DNA of 47,106 nucleotides from the NCBI GenBank assembly GCA_000934665.2, contig KZ538794.1:1-47106 (forward strand), given 5' to 3'. The notes below the pieces were generated by a model. That model did no database searches, was not told where the DNA came from, and saw only the letters and a program-made list of their open reading frames with translations. This DNA comes from Catajapyx aquilonaris. Taxonomy: Eukaryota. A program made the position numbers and the translations under genes. Position 1 is the stretch's first letter. Each line of letters opens with the position of its first letter. Below, piece after piece: positions 12,031 to 24,100 of this stretch.

Positions 12031-15000
12031 CTCTGCGTGCAATAATGGGTTCAATTTGGTTGAACTCCGTGCATGTTTGCGCCAGTCTTATGGATTCAGT
12101 CCGTCAGGTAATGTTGCCCGCATAACAATTGTCCCACATGTCACCTGGACAAAGGTCAAGGTCAGCCAGGGGAATCGCAGCTCCAGCAATCACTAGACTG
12201 ATCCATTGGGAAGAATGATGTCCATGTATCTGTGATGTATATGCCGGAGAGGGAAGTGAAGCAGTCTACGTGTCCATAGGCACTTCAGGTCTGGTAATCG
12301 TTGAGCAGAAGGACTTTCACAAGTATACTGCATACCTGTCGGTCGATATACCCCCCATTGGCCGTACACCCAACCTTCTACCCACCCACCCGCCCACGCA
12401 GGTAGACACGCGTGTTGCGCTGTAGTATTGTAATGTCAAGCCGGTAGTAGTGGTCACAACGGGTGACTAATTGTTCCGGGTAACAATTACCAATGTATAT
12501 GTCAAATGTATGAATGGCTTTGAAGCGTTTAATGTATTAAAATGAGCACGTCAAGTATGTATTAGATATCGAGAAAGTTTATGTAACAGGCCTTGAATTA
12601 TATATTATTTTGTATTATGTATTTTTAATTTGATCGAACTTTGTCTCAGCCACGATGTGGATTCACATTTATAGCGTAATTGCATTTAATATAGCAATTG
12701 GTGGCAAAAACACGAACAATTTTGCCATAATATCGAAATTGGTGACCCAGAATTCCGCCGGAGAGTGGGCAGTAATTTTACAGGAAACTGTGCAATCTGG
12801 ATATTGGAAATCCCTACAAGTTGGTCATTTTCCCGGATATCGTGCCATTCTTCTATCAAACTTTAAGCAGACCTTGTCAAAAGGTCACAAGTACAGCAAT
12901 ACACCACATCCCTCACAAACAGCCGGTAAGTGGGCCTATTGGAAAGTACACGATCTTGATCGCCCACTAAATTTGTTCCCATTTTTGCATATGACCTTTA
13001 TACAGTATACATCAGTGTTACAAATGAGCAGTATATTCCTGGAATCGTGACAACTTAATAAATACTGCACCTTAAGTACTGATCAGCCCGCACAATTAGG
13101 ATAAAAGGGTCGAAAGCCAAGCCATCAAGAAAGTGGAAACGTGCCTGTGACCCTGGTGTTTATTAATAATGAACCTTTGCCCAACAGCTTATCACCACAT
13201 CTCTGCCATATCGGCGCTTCCAATATGTAACAGCTCAGGATATTGAATAGGATATGAGATCTTCAGGATAATTCTAGGGTTCCAAACCTGGGGTTATACT
13301 GCTTAATTATACTAGTAGCCTTTGTCATGTATGGTTTGCTATTAATAAAAGCACTCGACTAAATTGCAGGACCTTCTGATGGGACATATTGGACAGCGTA
13401 TATGATAAGACGACACGTGCTGCATTAAGTACTGTGTTTCGATCTGCCTGAGCAGAGATTTCAACAGCACTATAAAAACTGCCTATCGGTTTTAACTGCT
13501 TAGTTTATAGTCTTACACTGCTAGTGCAATTTATGTGCATGCGATTGCCTGGAGCTATACATGCATTTGCAGGCGATGAACCCACGAATGGCCAAGGCCT
13601 TTGGGAATTCCTCTGGTGATTCAACCAACAACACGATTTGATCCTTGCATCCGGAAAAAAACATCATTTAACACAAAAAAAGCTCATCTTGAAGAATATA
13701 TTCTTTCCGGTTCTACACTTCACTGCTATCAACATAGCAATTATTTTACGGTATCCGGAGATGGTATCGGATGAGTGCTGACTGATCCAATTTCATGATA
13801 AATTATATTATAATGACCACCATGTCAACACTGACCTGCATGAGGGCCAATCGAGAGCCACCTTTTGGGCGACCTGATCCCAATCCATCATGGCGACTCA
13901 TGTAGTCCTGCACTAGGGCCATCACTTCCTGAAATTAAAAATGTTCCCATGTAGTTGGGTAAATACATCGGAGGAAGATGCTATAGGCTGGTGTTGCTAT
14001 TGAAAGTTAGAGTGGATCTGACAGTAATTAATGACGACGGATATCCGACATTGCATGATTATATCCTGCCAGTAGATCTATTCTTACATAGTGTTTAGGC
14101 TTTAGCGGCACTTCCTGAGTAAGGAAAAATCACGATGCACGGTTAGCCGACCACGAAGGAAATTCATTGTTAGGACAAAAGGATAATGCCAATTAAGGCT
14201 TCGAGAGCATTTACACAAGTGGGTAGCAGGTCACTGTGACTTCATTACTTTTTGTTGATTTTTTTCTCCCTCCTTCCAGTACTGTCGTGACATGCCAAAA
14301 TAAAAGGACATGTATACACTTTCGTTCTTGGAAAAAGTACACAAAAAAAGAGTTGGAATCATGCAGGCGTTAATTTGAAATAAATAAGGGCCTTCCTGTG
14401 CTCTTGTTAGCGGAACACCTGGGGTTCCACTCTTCTGGGCAGCCTTTTCATGATATACTTTGGCCAACAAAAATTTCGCTTTTGACATATCTACAAAAAA
14501 AATTGTTAGGAACCGACCTCGATTTTGAAAATCGATGTTATTAGAAACCAGGCCGTTCATCCTTAGAGAAAATTCGTCACGTTACATTTCCCCCTGAACC
14601 TTGAATCGCAATTTTTGACAACTGGTTATCCTGTGGTCGATTAACAGTATACTGGCCATAAACTTGACGATGATGTAGGCTTTGACCTCACCTGATGCTG
14701 TACGTAGGAGGACTAGTTGATGCACCGTTGCACTCACACTCTGCACCTCACATTCTGATCGAGACACCTCCTTCTGCGAAACATCCAGCCAGCAAAGTGT
14801 CTGCTTTTCCAGCAGTGGGCTGTATGTGCAACTTGGCCTGACTCAACCCTCGTTATCAACCGCACTGGAGCGAATAGATAGAACCTGGTGCAGTGGCAAA
14901 GACACGGACTATGCTGTTAATCCTACTCCATGACCAACTTTCAAGGCTGCATTCAGTCATTTCGCTGACACTGACCCACTAACTAACTTCATTTTTACCT

Positions 15001-16902
15001 GCATGCACACAAAATTTTAGGGGGGGATCGATGCTTCATTGTGGTGCTGGGAAAGCATAGACCTTGGTGTGATTTCACCGAATCGTGTAGGAGGGTCATC
15101 CGGTGGTTTAAAGGCACCTTCAGGGAAGTACAGGGAATGAAAGGGTTGCTTGACTGACTGGGTTTGCCGAATATGGTCAGTACGAGATGGGTTGTGTTGG
15201 CCAAGGATTCGACATTGGCCTGGTTGGTGTGTGATATACGTACTGTAGCCACGAGGTCGTTCGTGACATGAGCTATATTGGGAATAATTTTTTGTCGGGC
15301 CGATTTTTTGATATGCAAATGATGTCACGATTTGCTGTCATTGTTGGTACTTATGGATATTAATTAAAGACGGTTGTATGGGTTGGGTGGTAGCTAACTG
15401 CCTGCTAATGGATATGGACATAAGGGTTTCTTCAGGTAGGGCTATTCTAAGACTGCTGCATCATTTTTGTCGCCTAATTATACGAAGTACGGCACCAATT
15501 AAGTTTTTGTTGCATTTCGTGTATAGGGAACATCATTCTTCTTGTGATATCACCCGTCAAACAGGATGCTAGACAGCCTAGACGTGTGATGTGATGTAAG
15601 AATATATTCTCCGTACTGTCAGTGCTAACATAAGCACGTTGTAATGAAGCCAATGATGATGTAATTAGCTAAGAAATCGCTCGTTACTGCCTAGTAAAAA
15701 GGAACACACTTTCAGACTCTATTTTTCTCTCTCCTCCCATTTAGTTTATTAGTTCAGTGAAACCTGACAGTCGAGTACCGTCAATGTAGCCATTTCATCC
15801 CGAATGACAGATCCTGCAGACATTTCAAATGACTTTTTTTTTCATATTTCTGGTCGAGGTTAGCCGTAAACATGCGCCAACTTGCCCTGGATATCCTTAT
15901 TCGGCCCTAGGTTTACCGAGAGCGGAAAACAACGTCGTAAATCTGGGGAACAAATCCTAGAATGTTATCCATATTAATCATCCCTAGGCTGTAAAAGTCG
16001 TGACGTACACATAATCAATGAAGAGTTTTCCCTCGACCTGCCAATGACCTTCTGAACTCGTGTTCAGTACGCTATTATTACTGTATAATATTTCGCACTG
16101 GTACAGTACGACAGTCGAGTACAGTACAGCGAACTTGGCCTGAGTAATGTCCGAATGTGTCGGAAGATGTCGCACCATGACTGATTGCGTCTATCCGTCA
16201 CCTGATAGTTCTAATAGAGGGCAGAAGCTACAAGGCCCCCTTACCTACTGTAACGCAATAGTACTGTACACTATGTGCAACCAAGAGCTTGGTGCAACGA
16301 AATAGATCACTTGGCATTATCTTGGAATGCAAGACCCCATGTCCAATGCTAACTAATTATGGCATGGAAATTGATGACATTTTGTATAGTTTGTTCTTGC
16401 ACGCCGTACTCAACTGACACCAATGCTGAAAAGTTGTTGACAATCCCAAACGAAGTAAACACTTTTTCTTATAAATAAACAAGCAGAAAAACACTGTGCT
16501 GACAGAATATTGACAGCTGATAGCTGGCGAGATCTGGAAAACAGGTTGCACCTGGAAACTTAGTCTAATTACTAATGCAGTTCTGGGGAAAACATATGGT
16601 GCTTAAAGTGTTCAGTACCTAGGTTAACGAACATTCAGGATGAATTCTCGATTAACAGGTCATCTTTTTTGCTTTCTTTTCAGGTATCATTTTCAAGGCA
16701 AAGGCTTTTAAAAATTAATTAATTTTCTATGGGATATAGCAATACTTTTTAAACTTCTCACTTATTTTCAGAGCGTCATATTCATATATAATGATATGCA
16801 AATGATATGCACAAGAGGCCTCTGGCTAATTTTATGGGATCCTCTTTTAAATATCTTACCGGATTACAATCAATTGCTGCGCCGTTGAGGGATTTATACT
16901 CT

Positions 16903-17053
16903 CGGAGGCAACAAGAGAACCTTCAGAAAACCTATGCATATGCAAAGAGAACCCATCGAAACACTTCTCACATGAGAAAATTATCAGTCAGATCTGGGAA
17001 TGGAATGGGGAGCTTCTAGTTAGAAGACTTGGGTGATGATAACCACTACACCA
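16903..17053 (-). mobile_element. Degenerate copy of the V-SINE-like family seen at 2057-2307
   Basis: GAGAACC..AGAAAACC..GAGAACCCATCGAA..CTTCTCACAT..TAACCACTACACCA aligns by eye with 2150-2294 in the same orientation. Confidence 0.65.
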
Positions 17054-17387
17054 GTCAAGCAGGAAGAATGTCAGAATTCGCGCTAATGTGATGTTATGCA
17101 TTCCTTCTCAAGTCATATAATATAGTCATTCAGTACGGTTACATCATAAAAGCCAAATGTTCCACTTAAATGTCAATTTGTTACCAAATTTTCACTGTAA
17201 ACTGCTTACTTTAAAAGCATGAAACCTGTGTAACTTACAGCAGATTCACACGGGACCCTAAAAATTTGACATTGTTGACCAGTTTCTGCTTTATTCAACA
17301 TGGCATTTACTGTGAATGCATGTCCTATCCATATGCCCCTTCTCATTAAAAATTCCACAATGGACAGATTTAACTGTAGTTGGAATA

Positions 17388-17689
17388 CAGTAGAACCCCA
17401 ATTATCCTACTCCTGGATTTATCCGACCCTCCTTGCAGCAATAAATTGTTTTCTCATGAAATACTCATCTACACGTTTGTTTTGCGTGAGTTAAATTGTA
17501 AATGCAGTACAGTAGAATGGTAAAAGATAAATACTTCGCTTCTTTTTAGAAAACCATAATATTGTAAGTAGTTATTTCATATTTTTGTTGTGTTACATTC
17601 AAGTTTTTTTACTCCTAGGATTATCCAACCTTTTATGTTATCCAACCATGCCCCCATCCCATGGGTGATGGATAATTAGGGTTCTACTG
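17388..17689. mobile_element. Tc1/mariner (pogo/Tigger-like) MITE with TA TSD
   Basis: TA|CAGTAGAACCCCAATTATCC ... GGATAATTAGGGTTCTACTG|TA. A related copy lies in reverse orientation at 35853-36130. Confidence 0.85.
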
Positions 17690-17843
17690 TAGTTACTTTT
17701 GTGATTATCAAAAGTTATATCTACTAGTATGAGGCTGAATTTAGCCATCTGCCCAAGCTCTAAATTGCAATGGCTTTTTCATTGGAAATGGATCATCACA
17801 CATCAATGATAGAACATACTTTTTGCATCTGGATCCCCTATCC

Positions 17844-18029
17844 CAGCGGTTCCCATCCTCGGGGTCTTATGGCCACAGAAATTGTTTAAAAAAAAATTAT
17901 TTCAAAATGTTTATAGGAATTCTCATCGCGGTGGTTTTTTTCAACACCTACTAACACTCGGGGAGGGGGTCGCAGGTTACTTGACTATCATAAAAGGGGT
18001 CTCGACCCAAAAAATGTTGGGAACCACTG
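17844..18029. mobile_element. hAT (Charlie/Buster-like) MITE, 186 bp
   Basis: TIRs CAGCGGTTCCCA / TGGGAACCACTG. Perfect 8-bp TSD CCCTATCC at 17836-17843 and 18030-18037, with a central TA. Confidence 0.9.
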
Positions 18030-18806
18030 CCCTATCCCCTTGCAGTATGGGTCCGAACAACCTATTATTACCACTAAAAGTAACGCCTTAAAAGCAAGCA
18101 CCTTAGGGGCAAAAAATAGCTAAAAATAGCTAACATTGCCATTGCAACACCCTGTATTTGATAAAGGAGTGATGGACAAGTTCTGGTTTATTTTTAATGG
18201 AACATAATGCACACAAATGGTACATGGCACATTCAATGTGACCTGTGTGTAAGTCAGGCATCATGCTACAATGACCAAAAAGTGTTTTTCTCCACCGCGG
18301 TCTGTACGGCAACAGGCAACGACACTTTTCTCCAAATATATTGCTGAACAGAGGTCACAAGTAACAGTGTGCTGATTTGACAAAAAGAAATAAATACTGT
18401 ACCCTTCACTGCACACACGACAATTCAAGTGCTGACAGTATTGTTTGAAAATAAGTAACAGAAGGCACAAATGAAGTTATCATGGCATTGGACTCTGAGT
18501 GTTTTGCAAACTCCATTTGTGCTCTTGAAGGCAGTTACAACAAAAAAAAAAAGAAAAGAAAAGGGAGGGAGGGGGGAGGGGGTATAGAAGAGTATTGATG
18601 TGCTCTAACATGACCAGTAACATGGTTCATCCTCTGAATATATATGATCTCCCCATTAATGACAACAGATAACATCTCTAGGGAAGGAAAGATACTGGGT
18701 TGGAGCACAGAGTGACATCTGCATAATTATATGGATATGGGGGAATATATCAAAGAGGAAAAAAAAGGGACGCCCTCAACTATGTACACATGCAACGACT
18801 TTGGCT

Positions 18807-19829
18807 TCACTTCCGAAGCCTCTTGCAGGGGGGTGCACGGTTATATTCCAGTAGCTCAACCAGCAGCTCATGTGGCAGGGACTTGGCCTCTTTCCATGCT
18901 GACGTGTGCATGATTTTGTCCAGCTTCATGGACGCCCTCTGTAAGCACACCTTCTTCAGCTGTGTTGCATTATGGTTAGCCGCAAGTGTCAGCATGGAGA
19001 GGACATTGTTCAGCTTGATCCCAGTGCACAGGTGCTGCTCACACATACTCTTCAGGCGTGGCAGGTCATACTTATCTGCTGCCACAAGCAGATCCTCTGC
19101 TACCTGGGCCATCTCAGGTGGCTCCTGGTCAGTATAAATGAACCACACCATCGCCTCCAGTACATCAGGGCTAACATCATTAATATTGATGACGCCAGAC
19201 ATCTTTTCACGCATGTCATGGCGGAACATGGATGCAAAAACGGGGCTCCTTGCAGTCAGTATTAACTTATGGACCTGTATTGTGCGCCCCTCACTCAAAA
19301 GAGCCAAGTCGGCATCTTCTTTACTCTTTAGCAGCTCCTGAAAGTTGGCCACCAGGTTAGGCGGCTCCACGTTGATGATCGACTCAGGCATGGTCTTGAC
19401 TCCCAGATCAACTCTCCCTTGACACACCAGCACCATAGTGTCATTTGGCAGCAGATCATCCTTCCGATCATACAGAACTTTGATGGGAATGAAGTCTCGC
19501 CACCCCCAGTTGTCTGACTCCTTGGTGAAAGTGCGCCCACGTTCAGTCAGCACATAGTCGGTCTTGGTAGAACTCTGGATGGCCATGCTCCATGCCATCT
19601 TCACTTTAAAGTCGTCCGGTGTGGGGCTGTTGTATTTCAGGTAGATGGACAATTCTGGTCCCTTTGTGTAGAGGATCATGTTGACCTTGCCGGGGACCTC
19701 ATTGCAGAGGCTGAAGAGGGACGAGCGGATGGTGTTTCGCTCTTCATCATCTTGCAGGACGCTGAATTTTTCTATCGTCCACTGGAACTGGAAAGGTGCC
19801 TCATTGCGGCTGGTCGTACAGCGTTGCAT
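18807..19829 (-). CDS. Speckle-type POZ protein-like MATH-BTB-BACK Cullin3 adaptor, 340 aa, single coding exon
   Basis: MATH domain (FQWTIEKFS...LSIYL...DNWGWRDFI...DLLPNDTMVLVC), BTB domain (DLALLSEGRTIQVHKLILTARSPVFASMF...FIYTD...LLVAADKYDLPRLKSMCE), BACK helices and a SPOP-type C-terminal NLS (PPCKRLRK). The ATG at 19829 lies 5 nt inside a splice acceptor (CCGTTCTAG at 19835-36). It is too divergent to call the SPOP/roadkill orthologue. Confidence 0.92.
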   Translation of the reverse strand: MQRCTTSRNEAPFQFQWTIEKFSVLQDDEERNTIRSSLFSLCNEVPGKVNMILYTKGPELSIYLKYNSPTPDDFKVKMAWSMAIQSSTKTDYVLTERGRTFTKESDNWGWRDFIPIKVLYDRKDDLLPNDTMVLVCQGRVDLGVKTMPESIINVEPPNLVANFQELLKSKEDADLALLSEGRTIQVHKLILTARSPVFASMFRHDMREKMSGVININDVSPDVLEAMVWFIYTDQEPPEMAQVAEDLLVAADKYDLPRLKSMCEQHLCTGIKLNNVLSMLTLAANHNATQLKKVCLQRASMKLDKIMHTSAWKEAKSLPHELLVELLEYNRAPPCKRLRK

Positions 19830-20238
19830 GATGCCTAGAACGGAGTGATGTGCAATTAGTGAATTGAACCAAAACAACTGGAGTCCCTACATCGCCAGAA
19901 ATGCAAATAAAATGTCACTACAAGGCATATACTTTTCAATTTCATGTCATTTATGAGCCTTGTTTTTGGTCTGTAATTCCATTAGATGGAACTAGGGTCT
20001 TTTAGGCGATAAAATATTTTCCTTAATTTTTATTCCTACTTGATTCAAATTTGGAAATAAGGGCAGGGATGAAAGGTAGCAACTCTGGCTGTATGGTAAA
20101 CAGGAATTCCAAATTGTTACGCATGGATCAAGTGAACAGAATAAACCACTTAAAACCCTGGGCAAGATGGTTTACACCAGATTAAAACTCAGGACATGGA
20201 AAATGATGGTATGGGACATTGCTGCTTCATTTGTTTAA

Positions 20239-20494
20239 CCCTCAGAGACCAGCAAGTAAATGGCAGGTACTACCGAAAAAGCCGACTGCAAGCCTTTTTG
20301 TGATTTTTTTTAAAGCTTTTTAGTCAAGTCCTTGTGACCTCAAAAACACTGTTACAATAAATGCCTACATTTTTCATCCGGAAGCACATGGTGTTGATCT
20401 AAAAGAGGAACAGTCACACAACTGACTCATTAGTGTGGTGGCTTTCTTGCACCTCTACTCTTAACCGACATATCAGTTTGCCAGTCTCTGAGGG
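20239..20494. mobile_element. piggyBac-like MITE, 256 bp
   Basis: TTAA|CCCTCAGAGACCAGCAA ... TTGCCAGTCTCTGAGGG|TTAA. It lies in the inferred 5'-UTR intron of the MATH-BTB gene. Confidence 0.88.
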
Positions 20495-20705
20495 TTAACC
20501 AAAATGGGGTGTGCAATTAAGTCAAAATTTGCCTTTATTTGTGGCAGAAAATATATTGGGGCTGAGGCATGTTCGGCAACCACATGTGTAAGCGACCAGC
20601 CTGGGTCACTTCAACAAACCCGAACCATGCTGTGCTCTATTATCGAGCACCATCTGAGCAGGCTTGACGTACTGTGCCTTGTTGTGAGGTCTGGTTGCAA
20701 CATAC

Positions 20706-20816
20706 TTGCGACTCTGATCCTGGCGAAACAGAGCGAGTGGCGTCTGTTGTGGGCAAATGAAGGGCCCTCTTGCGACCAGACTTCCTCCTTTTTCTCCTGG
20801 TACTGTGCGTGAGGTC
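20706..20816 (-). other. Probable non-coding 5'-UTR exon of the MATH-BTB gene
   Basis: Acceptor CTCTCTAACCTCCAG| at 20817 and donor CAA|GTATGT at 20705. A further upstream donor (ATCA|GTGAGC) is at 20901. No in-frame ATG was found. Confidence 0.45.
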
Positions 20817-20899
20817 CTGGAGGTTAGAGAGTGTACAATCTGCCTGCTTCCAGACCCGACAAGTGAGGCGTAGAGAGGCTACAACTAGTGATGGAGCTC

Positions 20900-21189
20900 A
20901 CTGATGCACCCTGGCGCTGCGCCTCGTCAATCCAGCCAGGAGCCAGCTAGACTACAGCGAGCTATAGCACTGGAGCTAGCTACTCCCTCGCCGCCTCTAG
21001 TCCTCTACCCCTTTCCCCCTCTCCCCGGCTAGCAGCTCCTGCAGGAAGAAGGACAGGGGACGCGTGTCCTTGGTGTCGGGGCGATACAGCAGTCACAGCA
21101 CGTAGCTATTTCACTCGACGTGACGGGGTAACGGCTCTTTACATTCCTGCTGGCAACCCTGCTCTGTCAAAACAAGTGAAGGTGCCATA
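20900..21189. promoter_or_regulatory. Candidate CpG-rich bidirectional promoter between the MATH-BTB gene (-) and MLH3 (+)
   Basis: GC/CpG-rich stretch between the inferred minus-strand UTR exons and the MLH3 ATG at 21190. Contains TGGCAACCCTG at 21151-21161. TSS positions cannot be determined from sequence. Confidence 0.5.
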
Positions 21190-24100
21190 ATGGCGCTCAG
21201 AAATGGAACGGGAGGAGAGGACCTTCGGTGTGGGATCGGGATGGGAGAAGGGAAGGTGGCCAGGGACAGCCCCGTCATCAGGCCACTGCCAGACGACGTG
21301 CGACACAAGATCCGATCGGGACAGGCCATCGACACACCGGCCCAATGCGTGCTGGAACTGGTACAGAGCACAGATTTTAGAATATAAGCTACCACCTATG
21401 TAGAGTAAGCAGTGTAAGCTAGAGCAGACGGGTGGGGGGTGTTTAAATTATTGTACCCCGTTCTCGGGCCCTGGACCCTTTTTAGGGGGGTGGAAATACC
21501 ACCATCTTTTTGGAACCATATAAGATATTGTTTAATTGGTCCAAGGGTAAGTAGGAGGGGATGTGCAAAGTGCGGATACAGTTGACCTTACTGGCGTGCG
21601 GGAGGCGGGAGGGTAGTAGTCATTGGGGCAACGGGCTGCGTCGCAAAGGCAAGGATAAAGGATAGGCGTGTATCCGCTGAAGATAGGTCTGTACCCACAA
21701 GGAAGGAAGGTTAGGCTTGGTTTGGTTAGGTTGGTACAGCATACCCCTTCCAAAATCCAAAAAAATCAATCTTTGCATCCTTGCCTTTGCGACACAGCCA
21801 AGCTGCCCCCAGCCACCACTCACCCTGCTGCCTCCCGCATGCCAGTAGGGGTTACTATTTCCCAAAGTGCAAGTGCAATGTCGCATATTGGTCATTTTGT
21901 GAACTCCCCCGGGTGGATTAGTCTAGCGGAAATTTCCACCCGAGATGAAGGGGGGAACCCCTGGTTGGGTTCGAACCTGGGACCTTAACATCCATGGGCA
22001 CATACTTTACCGCAGCACCACTCTGCCTCCCGAAAGCTGATGGTTATTCTCATGGCAAACCTTTTGCAGGTGCTGAACTCACTTGATGCTGGAGCCTCGT
22101 GCATTGCCATTCGGATCGACCTCACCTACATGAAGATTCAGGTGGTGGACAATGGAAGTGGCATGAGTGAGTCCAACCTCAATTTGGTAGCAACTAGGTA
22201 TGCTACCAGCAAGTGCAAGGATACTGCTGATCTGTGTTCCAATCTGCGCTGGTTTGGGTTCCGGGGTGAGGCTCTTGCCAGCATTCGAGAACTCTCGGGG
22301 ATTCTGGAGATAACGACACGAACTCGTGACCGTAATCCATCTGGTGTTACGTACACTCGCATCTTCACACAGGGACGTGCCCGACCAGCTTCCAAGTCAC
22401 ATAATATACGCCCATCACATGGAACGACTATTACAGTACATGACTTTCTGGCTGCCTTACCTGTACGCAGAGCAAGAGTGAGTCGAACAATTGACTTGGA
22501 GCAGATAAGGCAGTGTGTGCTAGCAACTGCTTTGGTTCACCCAAAGTGTTCATTCAGCGTGCGTGATGACACAACAGGAGCAGAATTGGTGAATCCAGGC
22601 AGAAGTAAGACAATTCCAGATACGTTTTCAAGACTCTTTGGCAGGCACAAAGGTCACAAGCTAGTTCCAGTGTCTGCTTTGGAAGGTGTATTCTGTCTTG
22701 AGGGGTTTGTGTCCAAGGAAGGTGCTGCCAACAAGAGCTTGCAGTTTGTGTATGTCAACCGCCGATTAGTGCTGAAAACACGGATTCACAAGGCCATCAC
22801 TGCAATACTGTCCAAAATGACCTCCCCAGACCAAAGTGCTGTGTTTGCTATCAACATAACATGCCCTCATTGTGAATATGATATATGCTTGGAACCAAAA
22901 AAGACTCTCGTTGAGTTCAGTGACTGGGATGGTGTGATTGCTTGCATTCATAAAGCATTGTCTGAGTTTTTGTGCCGCATTGGGGTGGTTACTAGCCCAC
23001 AGAGAACTCCTGAAAAACAGAAGGTAGATGAAGAACATGAGGAAGATGCACCAGTGCCTGAGTATGCTGATATAGTTACAGCTGTTGACATGTACAGGGT
23101 GTCCCATGGTCTTCCAGTGCATGCTAGGTGCAAAGTTGATAAAGGTGTGCCAGAGGAAATAGCAGTACAGAATATGGATAAGATGGTAGAGGATACGGAA
23201 AAGAATGTGTCAGCTCTAGAACTGTTCAAAAGAGAAATGAAGGACACTTCTTACGATGTTACCCCAGCTGGCTTTAGGATTGAAGTCACTGCACCACCAC
23301 CTTTGAAGAGAGATGTTCGTCAAGAAAAGAGCATGTGTGAGGGTACTAGTCACATTCGTTCCTTCTTCAGCAAAGCTGTGAAGCAGGCACACAAGAGAGA
23401 AACTGCTAGGAAAGAAGTTGGTGAGCTGCAGAAGAAGAAGGCTAAGGTAGAACTGGAAAAGTTTGCATTTAGGAAGTCAAAACCTGGCCAAATACCACCT
23501 ATACTGAAGGCCTTTGAAAGAAGCAGAAGCCAGTCTCAGCAAATTGAACGAAATGCAGTCCAACAAGATGCACCTACAGAGCATTTTGAATTTAACACAT
23601 CACCTGCACCCGCTGAAGAGTGTTCTACTGTGGAGCCAATGGAGAAAGTGGATGCTGTCAGCCAAGAAGAAATCAAGTTGCAGCCATCACCTGTGCAATT
23701 TTTATCTTCAGCAGATTTTATTCAGCCACATGACAGTCCCATTTCAGGGCATCATGCAGTGCTTCACAGTCCGTCAGCAGCCAAGAGTAATGAAGATAAC
23801 AACACCTGGCTAGGTTGCTCAGTGTCTCATCATCATCAGCCAAAGAATGCTGTTAATAATTTGCCTTGTAATGAAGAAGGAATTATGTTGAACCATCAGA
23901 ATGATTTTGATGGGGTTAAAGAGATGGTTAATTGGGAAACTGTCACATCTGTCTTCAACTGGGAAAATTCAAGTATGCCATCATCAAGGATCTCCATAGT
24001 CGTTGGTTCACCCATTATGTATGGAGATGACGTGGGTGAGGGAGAATCAAGTCAAGATCAAGAGCTTCCTTCATCGCAGCCTTTTGAAATTGAGGATACA

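Noticed and set aside
12473..12484. RFX X-box upstream of ZC2HC1C (GTTCCGGGTAAC)
   Set aside because: Only one good half-site and too short for the 13-14-bp consensus.
19830..19877. ORF-track N-terminal extension of the MATH-BTB protein
   Set aside because: It uses a non-ATG start and crosses the splice acceptor at 19835-36.
22040..22069. ORF-track start of the 1114-aa MLH3 ORF
   Set aside because: This is intron sequence ending in CTTTTGCAG; the conserved N-terminus is in exon 1 at 21190-21360.
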